From positions 1,312,001-1,376,000 of the forward strand of contig CAWBZI010000001.1 of NCBI GenBank assembly GCA_963793265.1: a stretch of 64,000 nucleotides of DNA, read 5' to 3'. The notes below the pieces were generated by a model that did not search any database, was not told where the DNA came from, and saw only the letters and a program-made list of their open reading frames with translations. Of the stretch, positions 9,800-19,835 are shown in pieces. How positions within the stretch are numbered: position 1 is the first letter of the stretch; each line of letters opens with the position of its first letter. The translations under genes and the position numbers were made by a program. The DNA is from an uncultured cyanobacterium (GTDB taxonomy: Bacteria; Cyanobacteriota; Cyanobacteriia; Phormidesmidales; Phormidesmidaceae).

Positions 9800-11011
9800 C
9801 TACTTGTTCAATTTGAGATCAGTCGCAGATTTTGTAACGCGCTCTGTTTGAACCACGTCTATCCTCGATTCTGCTAGGCGCTTCATCCAGCCGCTCAAGT
9901 AGTCATAGTTAATCACTTGCTCTTTCGGATCGCTAGTATCAGCCGGATAAGGCATCATGCCTCTGACCGCCGCTTCCGTCACGCAAAACATTGACTTCTG
10001 AAAGCTCACGCAGAGCTGCACTCGAATATCGTCTTGCCCGCGCTTAGATTTTTGATAGATGTCGCGCAGGTATCTTGGCACATGATGACGCATGTCTTGC
10101 ATCAGCAGCGTCGGTGGGATGCCCGCTCCCCCAATTGGCAGCGGGTCAGCAAACAGCGCGCCATAGCCAAACTGCGCCTGATCGATCGGTACCTGCTGCG
10201 CTTGAGCGTTATACGAAACCGTGCCAAAAAACGGCGTTCCTCTTAAGAAGATGGTTTCTACATAGGGCACCGCCGTGTCTGATAAAAAGGTAAGCCCTAC
10301 TGACTCCGGGATAATGTCGTACTCAGTACCGCCTATATTCACGGCGTAGGTGATAGGCTTAGCCGCGCTGGCAACAAGTCCGTCTTTCACCAGCGAAACC
10401 ACATCGGCAATGGACTTGATTTTTCCCTGGTTGTATTTCTTGGCCAGATCCATGAAGATATCGCTCATTACCCGCCAAAACTGACCGAGCCCCGCGTAAT
10501 AGCAGAGCTGACGCACCTGCTCAGCCAAATACTCTGGAAAAATACCGTTCAGGGTCAGCAGCACCGGATTGAACCGGCTTTTGGCGCGAACCGCTGGAGA
10601 GCAGCAGGCCCAAAAGTCGTCTGAATCTAAATAGGCGTCTAATCCGCCGCCGCCGTGCCACATCATCGTTCGCATCACATACTCGGCATATTCGTAGTTA
10701 ATACGGTCATGCCATAGATGCTTCACTATCTTTTGTGGCGTTACATCTCCGTTGAAGTATTTGAACAGCGGGAACAGCACCAAGAACTGACTATCTGCAA
10801 TGTAGTTGAGATTTTTAGAATAGGCGTCTAAGACCACACCGTAGGCATCTAAAACACCGACAACCTCTTTTAAGTTCTCAGGCGTTTCGGGCAGTAGCGT
10901 CCCCCCCTCTACTAGGCGATCGATATAGTCTGCTGAAGAATAAGCTGGCGCGGCTTTTAGCTGCGGTGCAGAAGGTGTTGAGGTCATAGCAGGCACGCTT
11001 GAAATAGCCAA
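9800..11011 (-). CDS. cupB: CO2 hydration protein CupB (ChpX)
   Basis: WHDRINYEYAEY..MMWHGGGGLDAYLDS and GIPPTLLMQDM; follows ndhF4/ndhD4 with no cupS. Confidence 0.88.
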   Translation of the reverse strand: MAISSVPAMTSTPSAPQLKAAPAYSSADYIDRLVEGGTLLPETPENLKEVVGVLDAYGVVLDAYSKNLNYIADSQFLVLFPLFKYFNGDVTPQKIVKHLWHDRINYEYAEYVMRTMMWHGGGGLDAYLDSDDFWACCSPAVRAKSRFNPVLLTLNGIFPEYLAEQVRQLCYYAGLGQFWRVMSDIFMDLAKKYNQGKIKSIADVVSLVKDGLVASAAKPITYAVNIGGTEYDIIPESVGLTFLSDTAVPYVETIFLRGTPFFGTVSYNAQAQQVPIDQAQFGYGALFADPLPIGGAGIPPTLLMQDMRHHVPRYLRDIYQKSKRGQDDIRVQLCVSFQKSMFCVTEAAVRGMMPYPADTSDPKEQVINYDYLSGWMKRLAESRIDVVQTERVTKSATDLKLNK

Positions 11012-11019
11012 TTTTCAGA

Positions 11020-12597
11020 TCAGTTATTGAGGACAGATGCGCCGAAAGGGAAATCGGGATTAGGGAAGAAAGCAGGCGGCTGAGTAATCGCAACTTGCTC
11101 AGCCGGGGGGATAAATTCAGACGGGAAAATAAAGGTTGTCGTGGTCGCCTCCATCCAGCGCGTCATCCATTCAGGCTGCAGGCCAAAGGCAAATATCAGC
11201 AGCACTAGCGCTAGGGCAGGAACGCGATCGCGCCATTTTACCCCAGAGATCAGCGTATCGACCGGAGCATTCACGTTCGGCGGGGTCACCGTTAGCCGCC
11301 CGAAAAACACCCGGTTAATCATTAGCAAAAAGTATACCGCTGTGAGCCCCGAACCCACCATACACAGCAGCGTTTGCGGCGCGAAGCTCTCAAAACTACC
11401 GCGAAACACAACAAATTCTGAGATAAAGCCCATCATGCCAGGAATCCCGGCACTGGCCATTGCCCCTAGCACCATCAGCGAGCCAACAAAAGGCAGACCT
11501 CTCTCGGGAGCCATCAGCCCTTGTAACACATTTAAATCGCGTGTTCCTGTTTTTTTGTAAACCACACCTACCAGCAAAAACATCAGCGCCGAAATCAGAC
11601 CGTGGCTCACCATCTGCATGACCGTGCCTAGAATACTCAAAGGTGTAGCAGCAGCAGCGGCTAGCAGAATGTATCCCATATGACCGACCGAGCTATAGGC
11701 GACCATTTTTTTCATATCGGTTTGGGCGATCGCAGCCAAAGACCCATACAAAACGCTCGCCACCGCCCACCAGGCCAGCCAGGGCGAAATCTCTATCCAC
11801 GCATCAGGAAACAGCCCCACGCAAAAGCGCAAAATGCCGTAGGTTCCCAGCTTCAATAGCACGCCCGCTAGCAGCACCGATATCGGCGTAGAAGCTTCCA
11901 CGTGAGCATCAGGGAGCCAGGTATGAAAGGGCACCAGCGGAATTTTGATGCCGAATCCCACCAGCAAAATCACCAGCAGCACGGTCTGCTGCGCCAGCGT
12001 CAATCCTTGTGCTAGCGCCGGATCGTAGTCAAAGCTGCCCGTACCTGAAAGAAAAGCGAGTCCCAAAAAAGCCGCTAAGATCAGAATGCCAGAGAACGCG
12101 GTGTAGATTAAAAACTTAGTCGCCGCGTAGCCTCTGCGTTCGCCGCCCCAGATTGCGATTAATAAATAGAGCGGAATCAGCTCCAGCTCATAAAACAAGA
12201 AGAACAGCAGCAGGTTTTGAGCCAAAAACGCGCCCGCCACCGCGCCCGAGATAACCAGCAGCAGCGAGAAATAAAGCCGAGGTCGCTTAATATTCGCGCT
12301 TAGATACACCGAAACAAAGCTCAATAGCGCGTTGATAACCACCAAAGGCAGCGCAATGCCGTCAACCCCCATGCCGTAGCTGAGGCCCAAAGGCTCTATC
12401 CAGCTCAACTGCTCTACAAACTGAAAGCCAGGATTTGTTACGTCATACTGACTGACCAAATACAGCGAAAGCACAAACGTTACGCCGAGCGTAATCAAAG
12501 CGCCTAGCCTAGCCTGCGCGGACTCTAGCTTGCCGGGCCAGATGCCAATGAGCAAAGCACCCATCAGCGGAACTAACAGCAGTGAACTCAATATCAC
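11020..12597 (-). CDS. ndhD4: NDH-1 subunit 4, CO2-uptake type (NdhD4)
   Basis: FYELELIPLY, KIPLVPFHTWLPDAH, LLKLGTYG motifs; operon context. Confidence 0.88.
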   Translation of the reverse strand: MILSSLLLVPLMGALLIGIWPGKLESAQARLGALITLGVTFVLSLYLVSQYDVTNPGFQFVEQLSWIEPLGLSYGMGVDGIALPLVVINALLSFVSVYLSANIKRPRLYFSLLLVISGAVAGAFLAQNLLLFFLFYELELIPLYLLIAIWGGERRGYAATKFLIYTAFSGILILAAFLGLAFLSGTGSFDYDPALAQGLTLAQQTVLLVILLVGFGIKIPLVPFHTWLPDAHVEASTPISVLLAGVLLKLGTYGILRFCVGLFPDAWIEISPWLAWWAVASVLYGSLAAIAQTDMKKMVAYSSVGHMGYILLAAAAATPLSILGTVMQMVSHGLISALMFLLVGVVYKKTGTRDLNVLQGLMAPERGLPFVGSLMVLGAMASAGIPGMMGFISEFVVFRGSFESFAPQTLLCMVGSGLTAVYFLLMINRVFFGRLTVTPPNVNAPVDTLISGVKWRDRVPALALVLLIFAFGLQPEWMTRWMEATTTTFIFPSEFIPPAEQVAITQPPAFFPNPDFPFGASVLNN

Positions 12598-12664
12598 AAT
12601 CTTTTTCTGACCCCTTTCACCTTATCCAAAGTCTTGCTGCCTTCTCCTAAATTCAGTGCTGCTT

Positions 12665-14506
12665 CTACCACATCGCCCAGGTTGTCATTAGCACCAGTAG
12701 CGCTGTCCCGGCCACGATAGTGAGAATGTAGTTTTGCGATCGCCCCGAAGCGCTGTACTTAAGCCCCTCACCCGAGAGCAAAGACGCCGCCCCGACAAAA
12801 TTCACCGCCCCATCAATCACATAGCGATCCATCCAGTTGCTCAAATTTGAAAGCTGACTCACCAGCCGCACCACCGTTAGGTCGTAAAGCTTCCCAGTGT
12901 AAAAGTCGTTGCCGAGCAAATCTTGAACCACCCGCAGCCAGGCCGTACTAGAGCGCGACCAGGCTCGATTAAGCGGCAGATAAAAGCCCAGCGACACGCC
13001 CAGCACCCCAGAGGCCACCAACAGCAGCACCGCCGTCACATTGAAGTAGGCCATCGGCGGCAGCAGCGATAGCTGTGCCATCATCACCGGCACCAGCAGC
13101 ACCATCACCGAAAGCGTCACCATCGGCACGGCCATCAGCCAGCCCACCTCAGGCGTCCGGTGAGTCTTCGGCTGCGGCTTACCCAAAAACACCAGCCGAA
13201 ACACCCGCACCATATTCAGCGTCGTGAGAAAGTTCACCAGCAAAAACACGCCCACTAGCAGCGGATGCTCACTCCACAAAAACTCAATGCCTAAGCAAAA
13301 CGACCAGAAGCAGCCAAACGGAAGAATACCTGTAAGCCCCAAAGCAGCCGTCATATAGGCAATTGTCGTAGCAGGCATTCGCGACCAAAGCCCGCCCAGC
13401 TCCGTTAAGTCCTGATTATTAGTCGAAAAGATAATCGAACCGATGCTCATAAATACGAGCGCTTTAGCTAAGGCATGAGTGAATAGCAGCAGCAAGGCCA
13501 CACCCGGCCACTCCGTACCCACCGCAATAAAAACCAGCCCAATATAGGCGCTCGTAGAGTACGAAAACGCTCGCTTAAAATCGATTTGGGCCAAGGCCAC
13601 CAAAGAAGCCCCCACCGCCGTCACCGCACCAATCACAATCAGCACGTCTAGCGTAATGGGCGAAATTACAACCACCGGCTGAATCTTAATGAGTACATAA
13701 GCGCCTGTTGTCACCACCACTGAATTTCGCAAAATAGAAGCCGGACTCGGCCCCTCCATCGCTTCATCTAGCCATAGGTGCAAAGGAAACTGAGCGCACT
13801 TACCCGTCGGCCCTGCAATCAGCGCTAAGCCCGTCAACGTAGCGGCCAGCGGCGTAATATCAGCAACCTTCACCCAGTTATACAGATCGTTGTAGTTGAG
13901 ACTGCCAGCATAGGTGCTCAGCGCAATTAGCCCCATAAACAGCAGCACATCACCAACGCGCTTAGTCAAAAAGGCATCCCGAGCCGCCGTTACCACCAGC
14001 GGCTGAGCGTACCAGAACCCAACGATCAAGTACGTCGAGAGCGTTAGCATCTCTAGTAAAAAATAGCTAGAGAACAAAGAGCTGCTCAAAATAACGCCGC
14101 TAATCGCCCCTTCAAAAAAGCCCATCAGCGCAAAGAACCGAGCCAGCGCCCAGTCTTTTTCTAAGTAGCCCATCGCATAGATTTGCGCAAGCAGGCTCAA
14201 GCCTGCGGTCAGCTCTAAGAAAATCAGGTTGACAGCCGAAAGATCCAAAGAGGCCGATAGGTTGAGCCCTGCTGCTGAAAACCACTGGAAATCGACCTCT
14301 TGAGCGCCACCGCTCCAAATAGTCTGAAGTAAGAAGAACCCGTGCAAAGAAGCCAGCAGCGTCATAAAAACGTTGATGTACATAGCCGGACGAGGCCCGG
14401 TTCTTCGGATCAACCGAGTAGCCCAAGGCAGCGCTAGCAAAGCACCCACCAGGCCATACATCGGGATCAACCAACTCCACTGAATCAAAAACTGCATCTC
14501 TGGCAC
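12665..14506 (-). CDS. ndhF4: NDH-1 subunit 5, CO2-uptake type (NdhF4)
   Basis: RRTGPRPA, AARDAFLTKRVGD, KCAQFPLHLWLDEAMEGP motifs. Confidence 0.88.
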   Translation of the reverse strand: MPEMQFLIQWSWLIPMYGLVGALLALPWATRLIRRTGPRPAMYINVFMTLLASLHGFFLLQTIWSGGAQEVDFQWFSAAGLNLSASLDLSAVNLIFLELTAGLSLLAQIYAMGYLEKDWALARFFALMGFFEGAISGVILSSSLFSSYFLLEMLTLSTYLIVGFWYAQPLVVTAARDAFLTKRVGDVLLFMGLIALSTYAGSLNYNDLYNWVKVADITPLAATLTGLALIAGPTGKCAQFPLHLWLDEAMEGPSPASILRNSVVVTTGAYVLIKIQPVVVISPITLDVLIVIGAVTAVGASLVALAQIDFKRAFSYSTSAYIGLVFIAVGTEWPGVALLLLFTHALAKALVFMSIGSIIFSTNNQDLTELGGLWSRMPATTIAYMTAALGLTGILPFGCFWSFCLGIEFLWSEHPLLVGVFLLVNFLTTLNMVRVFRLVFLGKPQPKTHRTPEVGWLMAVPMVTLSVMVLLVPVMMAQLSLLPPMAYFNVTAVLLLVASGVLGVSLGFYLPLNRAWSRSSTAWLRVVQDLLGNDFYTGKLYDLTVVRLVSQLSNLSNWMDRYVIDGAVNFVGAASLLSGEGLKYSASGRSQNYILTIVAGTALLVLMTTWAMW

Positions 14507-15186
14507 TTCAGAATTTTTTAAAAATCGAAAAAGAAGACGATCTAATGAGTTGTGACGGCACCCTTTTTATGTCATTCCAAATGCTCAATTAAAATTGCTC
14601 TGAGAAAAGATAAAAGAATGTTTGCAAGGCTGTTTTAAGGGGCGTTTTTGCTTTATAGGAGCCTATTGACAACCGGCTGACATCGCTTTTACATACCTCT
14701 ACTCTACAAGTGGAAGCGCTCTCATATTTCTTTATATTACCTGACGCAGGTCGCTCAATGCCTTTAGCTAGCGCTTAACACAGCTTCATATTTCAACACA
14801 AACAGCCACGAACCCCGCATAAGCTTTAATAATGCTCGCTATTAGTAACAATCATTGAGGCTTATATTGTCAAAGGGGCAACGTCACTTTATTCTGAGTT
14901 ATGACGCAGGAGTTATACAGGCTCGCCTGAGATAAATTTTTGAGTCCGGTTTATTAAGAACTGGAGTTTTGAAACTAAGCTTTGCGCTATAAAATTTAGA
15001 CCAAATTTTAGGCATCTAGACGGCTAGTTTTAGCAGCTAAAGTTGCTGGCACTGTATCGCTATTCTGAAAAGTAGCGGTATTCCATAAAGATCGAATGAA
15101 AGGGTCGATGCAGCGCGATTAAGGCAAGTTTTAGAGGCAAAGGCTCAACTCTGTAATAGCTTTTTATTTGAAGGAGATCTCGACTA

Positions 15187-15495
15187 ATGCCTATTGCTGT
15201 TGGAATGATTGAAACAAAGGGGTTTCCCGCAGTCGTTGAGGCGGCTGATGCGATGGTGAAAGCTGCTCGCGTTACTTTGGTGGGCTACGAAAAAATTGGT
15301 AGTGGCCGAGTTACCGTCATTGTGCGCGGCGACGTTTCTGAAGTGCAGGCTTCTGTCTCTGCTGGCGTGGAGTCAGTCAAGCGCGTTAACGGCGGCGAAG
15401 TGCTCTCTACGCACATCATCGCGCGTCCTCACGAGAACCTGGAGTTCGTCCTGCCGATTCGCTACACCGAAGCGGTCGAACAGTTCAGGTCTTAA
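15187..15495 (+). CDS. ccmK2: Carboxysome shell protein CcmK2
   Basis: BMC domain, KIGSG pore motif, 102 aa, RBS AAGGAG. Confidence 0.93.
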   Translation: MPIAVGMIETKGFPAVVEAADAMVKAARVTLVGYEKIGSGRVTVIVRGDVSEVQASVSAGVESVKRVNGGEVLSTHIIARPHENLEFVLPIRYTEAVEQFRS

Positions 15496-15579
15496 GTGCT
15501 TTGGCTGATGATGTAGAAGCGAGGCTTAAAATTCGCCTTTCGTTTTGACTTTTTTGTTTTGATTTTTTAGGAAAAGAGT

Positions 15580-15918
15580 ATGGCAATTGCAGTAGGTATG
15601 GTGGAAACGTTGGGTTTCCCCGCAGTGGTTGAAGCGGCTGATGCGATGGTGAAAGCCGCTCGCGTTACTTTGGTGGGCTACGAAAAGATTGGTAGTGGCC
15701 GAGTCACCGTCATTGTGCGCGGCGACGTTTCTGAGGTGCAAGCCTCTGTCGCTGCTGGCGTTGAGAACGTCAAGCGGGTTAACGGCGGTCAGGTGCTCTC
15801 GACGCACATCATCGCGCGCCCTCACGAGAACCTTGAGTTCGTGCTACCGATTCGCTACACCGAAGCGGTTGAGCAGTTCCGCGAAAGCGTCAGCGGCATC
15901 CGCCCTTACGGTAGATAA
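15580..15918 (+). CDS. ccmK1: Carboxysome shell protein CcmK1
   Basis: BMC domain with a C-terminal extension of about 10 aa. Confidence 0.92.
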   Translation: MAIAVGMVETLGFPAVVEAADAMVKAARVTLVGYEKIGSGRVTVIVRGDVSEVQASVAAGVENVKRVNGGQVLSTHIIARPHENLEFVLPIRYTEAVEQFRESVSGIRPYGR

Positions 15919-15928
15919 GTAACGCTTT

Positions 15929-16231
15929 ATGCGCTTAGCAAAAGTTAGAGGGACTGTCGTTAGTACCGTGAAAGACGACAGTCTGATGGGGGTCAAGCTG
16001 CTGCTTGTTCAGCTCATTGAAGAGTCAGGCGAGCTTCAGAACGAATATGAAGTCGCTGCCGATGTTGTCGGGGCTGGTGTTGGCGAGTGGGTGCTGGTGA
16101 GTCGGGGTAGTTCGGCGCGTCAGCAGCAGGGCTACAGCCAACGGCCTGTAGACGCTGCCATCATTGCAATTGTAGATACGGTTAGCCTGGATTCTGGTCT
16201 GCTGTATGACAAACGAGAAGATTTTAGATAG
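15929..16231 (+). CDS. ccmL: Carboxysome vertex protein CcmL
   Basis: AKVRGTVVST...VGAGVGEWVLVSRGSSAR...DAAIIAIVD. Confidence 0.95.
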   Translation: MRLAKVRGTVVSTVKDDSLMGVKLLLVQLIEESGELQNEYEVAADVVGAGVGEWVLVSRGSSARQQQGYSQRPVDAAIIAIVDTVSLDSGLLYDKREDFR

Positions 16232-16307
16232 GGACAAAACGGGTAATAACGTTGCTTTGTATCTGAAATACCAGTTTTGAAATGTCAGAAGAAAGCAGGA
16301 GGCCGGT

Positions 16308-18950
16308 ATGGCAACTTCAGGGCCGAGCATAGGTCTGTTAGCACATCCAAATGTAAGCGCGACGGCTGATGTACACGAGTTTTCTTTTATAGAGGGCGAT
16401 GTGTCTGTCGGCGCTGGCGCGATGGTAGCACCCGGTACGGCGATTACAGCTAGTGCTGGGGCTTCTGTCGTTGTGGGTGAAGGCTGCTTGCTGCTGCCTG
16501 GCGTGGTTGTAGAAGGCGTTGACGGGCCTCAGGTGATGAGCAAGGCTGGGGCTTCGGCGTCGGTTTGGGTGGGCGATCGCACTCTCATCTCTCACAAATG
16601 CGTCATCCACTCCCCCGCCTTCATCGGCGCAGACAGCTTCATCGGCTTTCGCTCCACTGTCTTTAACGCCCGAATTGGCGATGGCTGCGTTGTGATGATG
16701 CACACGCTCGTTCAAGACGTAGAAGTCCCAGCGGGCAAATGCGTTCCTTCTGGCAGCGTTATTACCACTCAGCACCAAGCCGATCAGCTTCCCAACGTGC
16801 GCCCCGAAGATCTTGAGTTTGCCAAAGAGATTATGGGCGGGCGTTCAGCCAGCTCATCAAGATCTCAGCAGACTTCTGGGGGTCGCCGTCAGTCTCAGGC
16901 CAAACTTATTCCCATCCGAGGCCGTTCTGGCCAAAGCTCAGCTAGCCGCTCAGGTGGTTCGCGAGCGTCTAGCTCACTTAACAGTCCATCCCCCAATCGT
17001 TCAAGCTACTCATACGCCACTAAAGGAGCCAACAAAGGAGCCGCTATGCAAACCCAAAGACTCTCTCCCGAAATCGTCCAGCAGGTACGCCAGTTTTTAG
17101 GCCAGGGCTACCGCATCGGCATGGAACACGCCGACGAAAGGCGCTACCGCAGCGGCGTTTGGGAAACCTGCACACCGATTAGAGAAACCAGAGAGCAGGC
17201 CGTCTTTGAAGCATTAGAGCGCTGCTTAGCAGAGCACAGTGGCGAATACGTCCGCATGTTTGGCATCGACCCTCAAGCCAAGCGCAGGGTCGGCATGTCA
17301 ACCGTTCAGCGCCCCGGCGATAAGCCAAAGGGCAGTAGCGTTCAGTCAGCTTCATCCGGTAGCTACGGTGGCTCCCGTCAATCTAATCGTCAGTCTAGCG
17401 GCTATTCTAACGGCCAGAACAGCAGCAACTCTAATGGCGGCGGACTCACAGCGGACGTTGTGCAACAGGTTCGCGGCCTGCTACAGAGTGGATTCATTAT
17501 CGGCACTGAGCACGCAGACGCGCGCAGATACACCAGCAACGTATGGAAAAGCTGCTCACCGATCAAGTCTACAAACGAGTCAGAAGTCATTGCTCACTTG
17601 GAGCACTGCCTAGCCGAGCACAGCGGCGAATATGTCCGCATGTTTGGCATCGATCCAAAGGCTAAACGCCGGGTATCTTCCGCCACCATTCAAAGAGCTG
17701 ACGGCAAGCCTGTTGATTCATCCGGCTCTGCTTCGGGTGCACAATCCTATGGCAACCAGTCTTACAGCAACCAGTCTTATAGCAGCTCATCTTACGGCGG
17801 CGCTCAAAGCAGCGGCTATGCCCAGAGCGACGATGGTGGTACGGTTGCCAAAGCTGTCAACCAGATTTTAGGACAGGGCAATCAGATTGGTGTGGAGTAC
17901 GCTGATGCTCGTCGCTATCGCAGCGGCATTTGGCAGACCGCGCCCTCTGTTTCCTCACTCAATCAGCTTCAGGGATTCTTGAGCCAGCACGCCGACAAGT
18001 ACGTTCGCGTCTTTGGCATAAACAAGTCACAAAAGACCAGAGGGTCTTCGCAGACGGTTCAAAAACCCGGACAAAAGCAAGAAATTCAGCCCTCGCAGCA
18101 AGGCGGTTCTCAAAACAGAAGAGATCCCATTAACGCAAATCCACCTCACTACGACGACCCGGCGTTTCGGAATCAGCCTAGCAGCTACAGCACTAATAGC
18201 TACAGCAGCTACCGAGCTGGCGGCAGTAGTGGCAGCGGCAACGGTAGCGGCAACGGCGACGGTATCGACGCTCGCGTGTTAGATCAAGTAACGCAGATCG
18301 TCAATCAGGGCCTCAAAATCTCGATTGAGTTTGCCGACAAGCGTCGCTACCGCAGCGGCCTCTGGAAAACAGGCGCAGCAATTAATGCTCGCCGACCGGC
18401 GGAGGCTATCTCGGAGGTCGGCAAGCAGCTCGCCCGACACAAAGATGACTACGTGCGTTTAGTCGGCATTGATGCCAAAGCCAAGCGCCGTGTTACAGAA
18501 GTGACCATTCAAAAGCCAGGGCAGGCCGCTCAGGGTGTTTCGGGTACCGGCAAAGATCCTATCAATGCAAATCCACCCCACTACGACGATCCAGCCTTCC
18601 GAGGTCAGCCTAGTAGCTACAGCACTAATAGCTATAGTAGCTACCGAGCTGGCGGCAACGGCACCGGCAATGGCACCGGGAACAACGGCGGCATGGACGC
18701 CAACGTGCTGGATCAAATCACCCAGCTTGTAAATCAGGGCCACAAAATCTCGATTGAATTTGCTGACAAGCGTCGTTTCCGCAGCGGTATTTGGAAAGAT
18801 GGTGAAGCAATTAGCGCTCGCCGTCCGGCAGAGGCTATCTCTGAGCTGGGCAAGCAGCTTGCACGCCATCAGGGCGAATATGTGCGCCTAGTTGGCGTTG
18901 ATACTCAGGCCAAGCGTCGGGTATTAGAAGCCACTATTCAGCGTCCATAA
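16308..18950 (+). CDS. ccmM: Carboxysome assembly protein CcmM (gamma-CA-like domain plus five RbcS-like domains)
   Basis: FIGFRSTVFNARIG..CVVMMH in the N-terminal domain; five E(H/Y/F)ADxRR(Y/F) repeats. Confidence 0.95.
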   Translation: MATSGPSIGLLAHPNVSATADVHEFSFIEGDVSVGAGAMVAPGTAITASAGASVVVGEGCLLLPGVVVEGVDGPQVMSKAGASASVWVGDRTLISHKCVIHSPAFIGADSFIGFRSTVFNARIGDGCVVMMHTLVQDVEVPAGKCVPSGSVITTQHQADQLPNVRPEDLEFAKEIMGGRSASSSRSQQTSGGRRQSQAKLIPIRGRSGQSSASRSGGSRASSSLNSPSPNRSSYSYATKGANKGAAMQTQRLSPEIVQQVRQFLGQGYRIGMEHADERRYRSGVWETCTPIRETREQAVFEALERCLAEHSGEYVRMFGIDPQAKRRVGMSTVQRPGDKPKGSSVQSASSGSYGGSRQSNRQSSGYSNGQNSSNSNGGGLTADVVQQVRGLLQSGFIIGTEHADARRYTSNVWKSCSPIKSTNESEVIAHLEHCLAEHSGEYVRMFGIDPKAKRRVSSATIQRADGKPVDSSGSASGAQSYGNQSYSNQSYSSSSYGGAQSSGYAQSDDGGTVAKAVNQILGQGNQIGVEYADARRYRSGIWQTAPSVSSLNQLQGFLSQHADKYVRVFGINKSQKTRGSSQTVQKPGQKQEIQPSQQGGSQNRRDPINANPPHYDDPAFRNQPSSYSTNSYSSYRAGGSSGSGNGSGNGDGIDARVLDQVTQIVNQGLKISIEFADKRRYRSGLWKTGAAINARRPAEAISEVGKQLARHKDDYVRLVGIDAKAKRRVTEVTIQKPGQAAQGVSGTGKDPINANPPHYDDPAFRGQPSSYSTNSYSSYRAGGNGTGNGTGNNGGMDANVLDQITQLVNQGHKISIEFADKRRFRSGIWKDGEAISARRPAEAISELGKQLARHQGEYVRLVGVDTQAKRRVLEATIQRP

Positions 18951-19015
18951 TCCAGCAGGCAGCTTAGGATAAATACATTGCTATTGCCTGAGCTGCTTGA
19001 AACTGATTTATTCGT

Positions 19016-19831
19016 ATGCAGCCTCTAAACGACGTGATCCAACGGGAACCTACGCTCATCAGCTCAACTCACTACTGCGTAGTGGGCGATGTGACTATTG
19101 ATAATTCGGCAGCGATCGCACCCGGCGTCGTCTTGCAGGCTGCTTCCGACAGTCGCATTATTATTGAGAAGGGTGTCTGCATTGCCGCAGGTGTCTGCAT
19201 TCAATCACGCTCAGGCATTCTAACTCTCTCAACCGGCGTCAGCTTAGGCGCAAACGTCTTAGTTATCGGTAACGGCACTATTGGCGCAAACGCCTGTATC
19301 AGTCCCGGCAGCACCGTCATCAATCCATCCGTAGCCGCCGAAGCCATTCTGCCACCCGCCTCACTTATTGGCGCAAACCCAAATAGTGCGAGTCCGAACA
19401 GTGTAAGCTCAACGTTCTCAAACGCTGGTACAAGCTCGACCTTTTCAAATTCAACCTTCTCAGACTCGAAGGTAAACGCAGCAGCCCCTCAACCGCAGCG
19501 AATCAATACCCACGCCTCAACCCCCCAAGAAACAACGTTCAAAAATACCTTCGTTGAACCGGGGCCGGTTACTGCTAAACCTATCGCCATCCCCGATATC
19601 AGCGACCAGTCGAGCACCTTTGTCCCACCGCCCTCTATCAATCAGCCCTTCAGCAACGTTGGTAACAACAGCAATAACAGCAACCTAACTAATAGCGTAC
19701 AATCAGGCAATGGATCGTCATCATTAGCCGTGCACTCTAGCAACCCTGTGTCCGGTAAATCGCAGGTTACGCAGCTCATTTCAGCGCTGTTTCCCAATCG
19801 GCAATCCTTGAACGGTAACTCTTCCTCATAA
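19016..19831 (+). CDS. ccmN: Carboxysome assembly protein CcmN
   Basis: Hexapeptide repeats, low-complexity linker and C-terminal GKSQVTQLISALFPNRQ encapsulation peptide. Confidence 0.92.
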   Translation: MQPLNDVIQREPTLISSTHYCVVGDVTIDNSAAIAPGVVLQAASDSRIIIEKGVCIAAGVCIQSRSGILTLSTGVSLGANVLVIGNGTIGANACISPGSTVINPSVAAEAILPPASLIGANPNSASPNSVSSTFSNAGTSSTFSNSTFSDSKVNAAAPQPQRINTHASTPQETTFKNTFVEPGPVTAKPIAIPDISDQSSTFVPPPSINQPFSNVGNNSNNSNLTNSVQSGNGSSSLAVHSSNPVSGKSQVTQLISALFPNRQSLNGNSSS

Positions 19832-19835
19832 GCGT

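Noticed and set aside
9800..14506. NDH-1(3) assignment (cupA/ndhD3/ndhF3)
   Set aside because: CupB-type motifs, no cupS, and adjacency to the ccm operon favour the NDH-1(4) system.
14507..15186. ncRNA or CcmR/CmpR boxes in the ndhF4-ccmK2 intergenic region
   Set aside because: AT-rich divergent promoter, but I found no convincing consensus site or RNA structure by eye.
15187..15918. High DNA similarity of ccmK2 and ccmK1
   Set aside because: Expected for these well-known paralogs.
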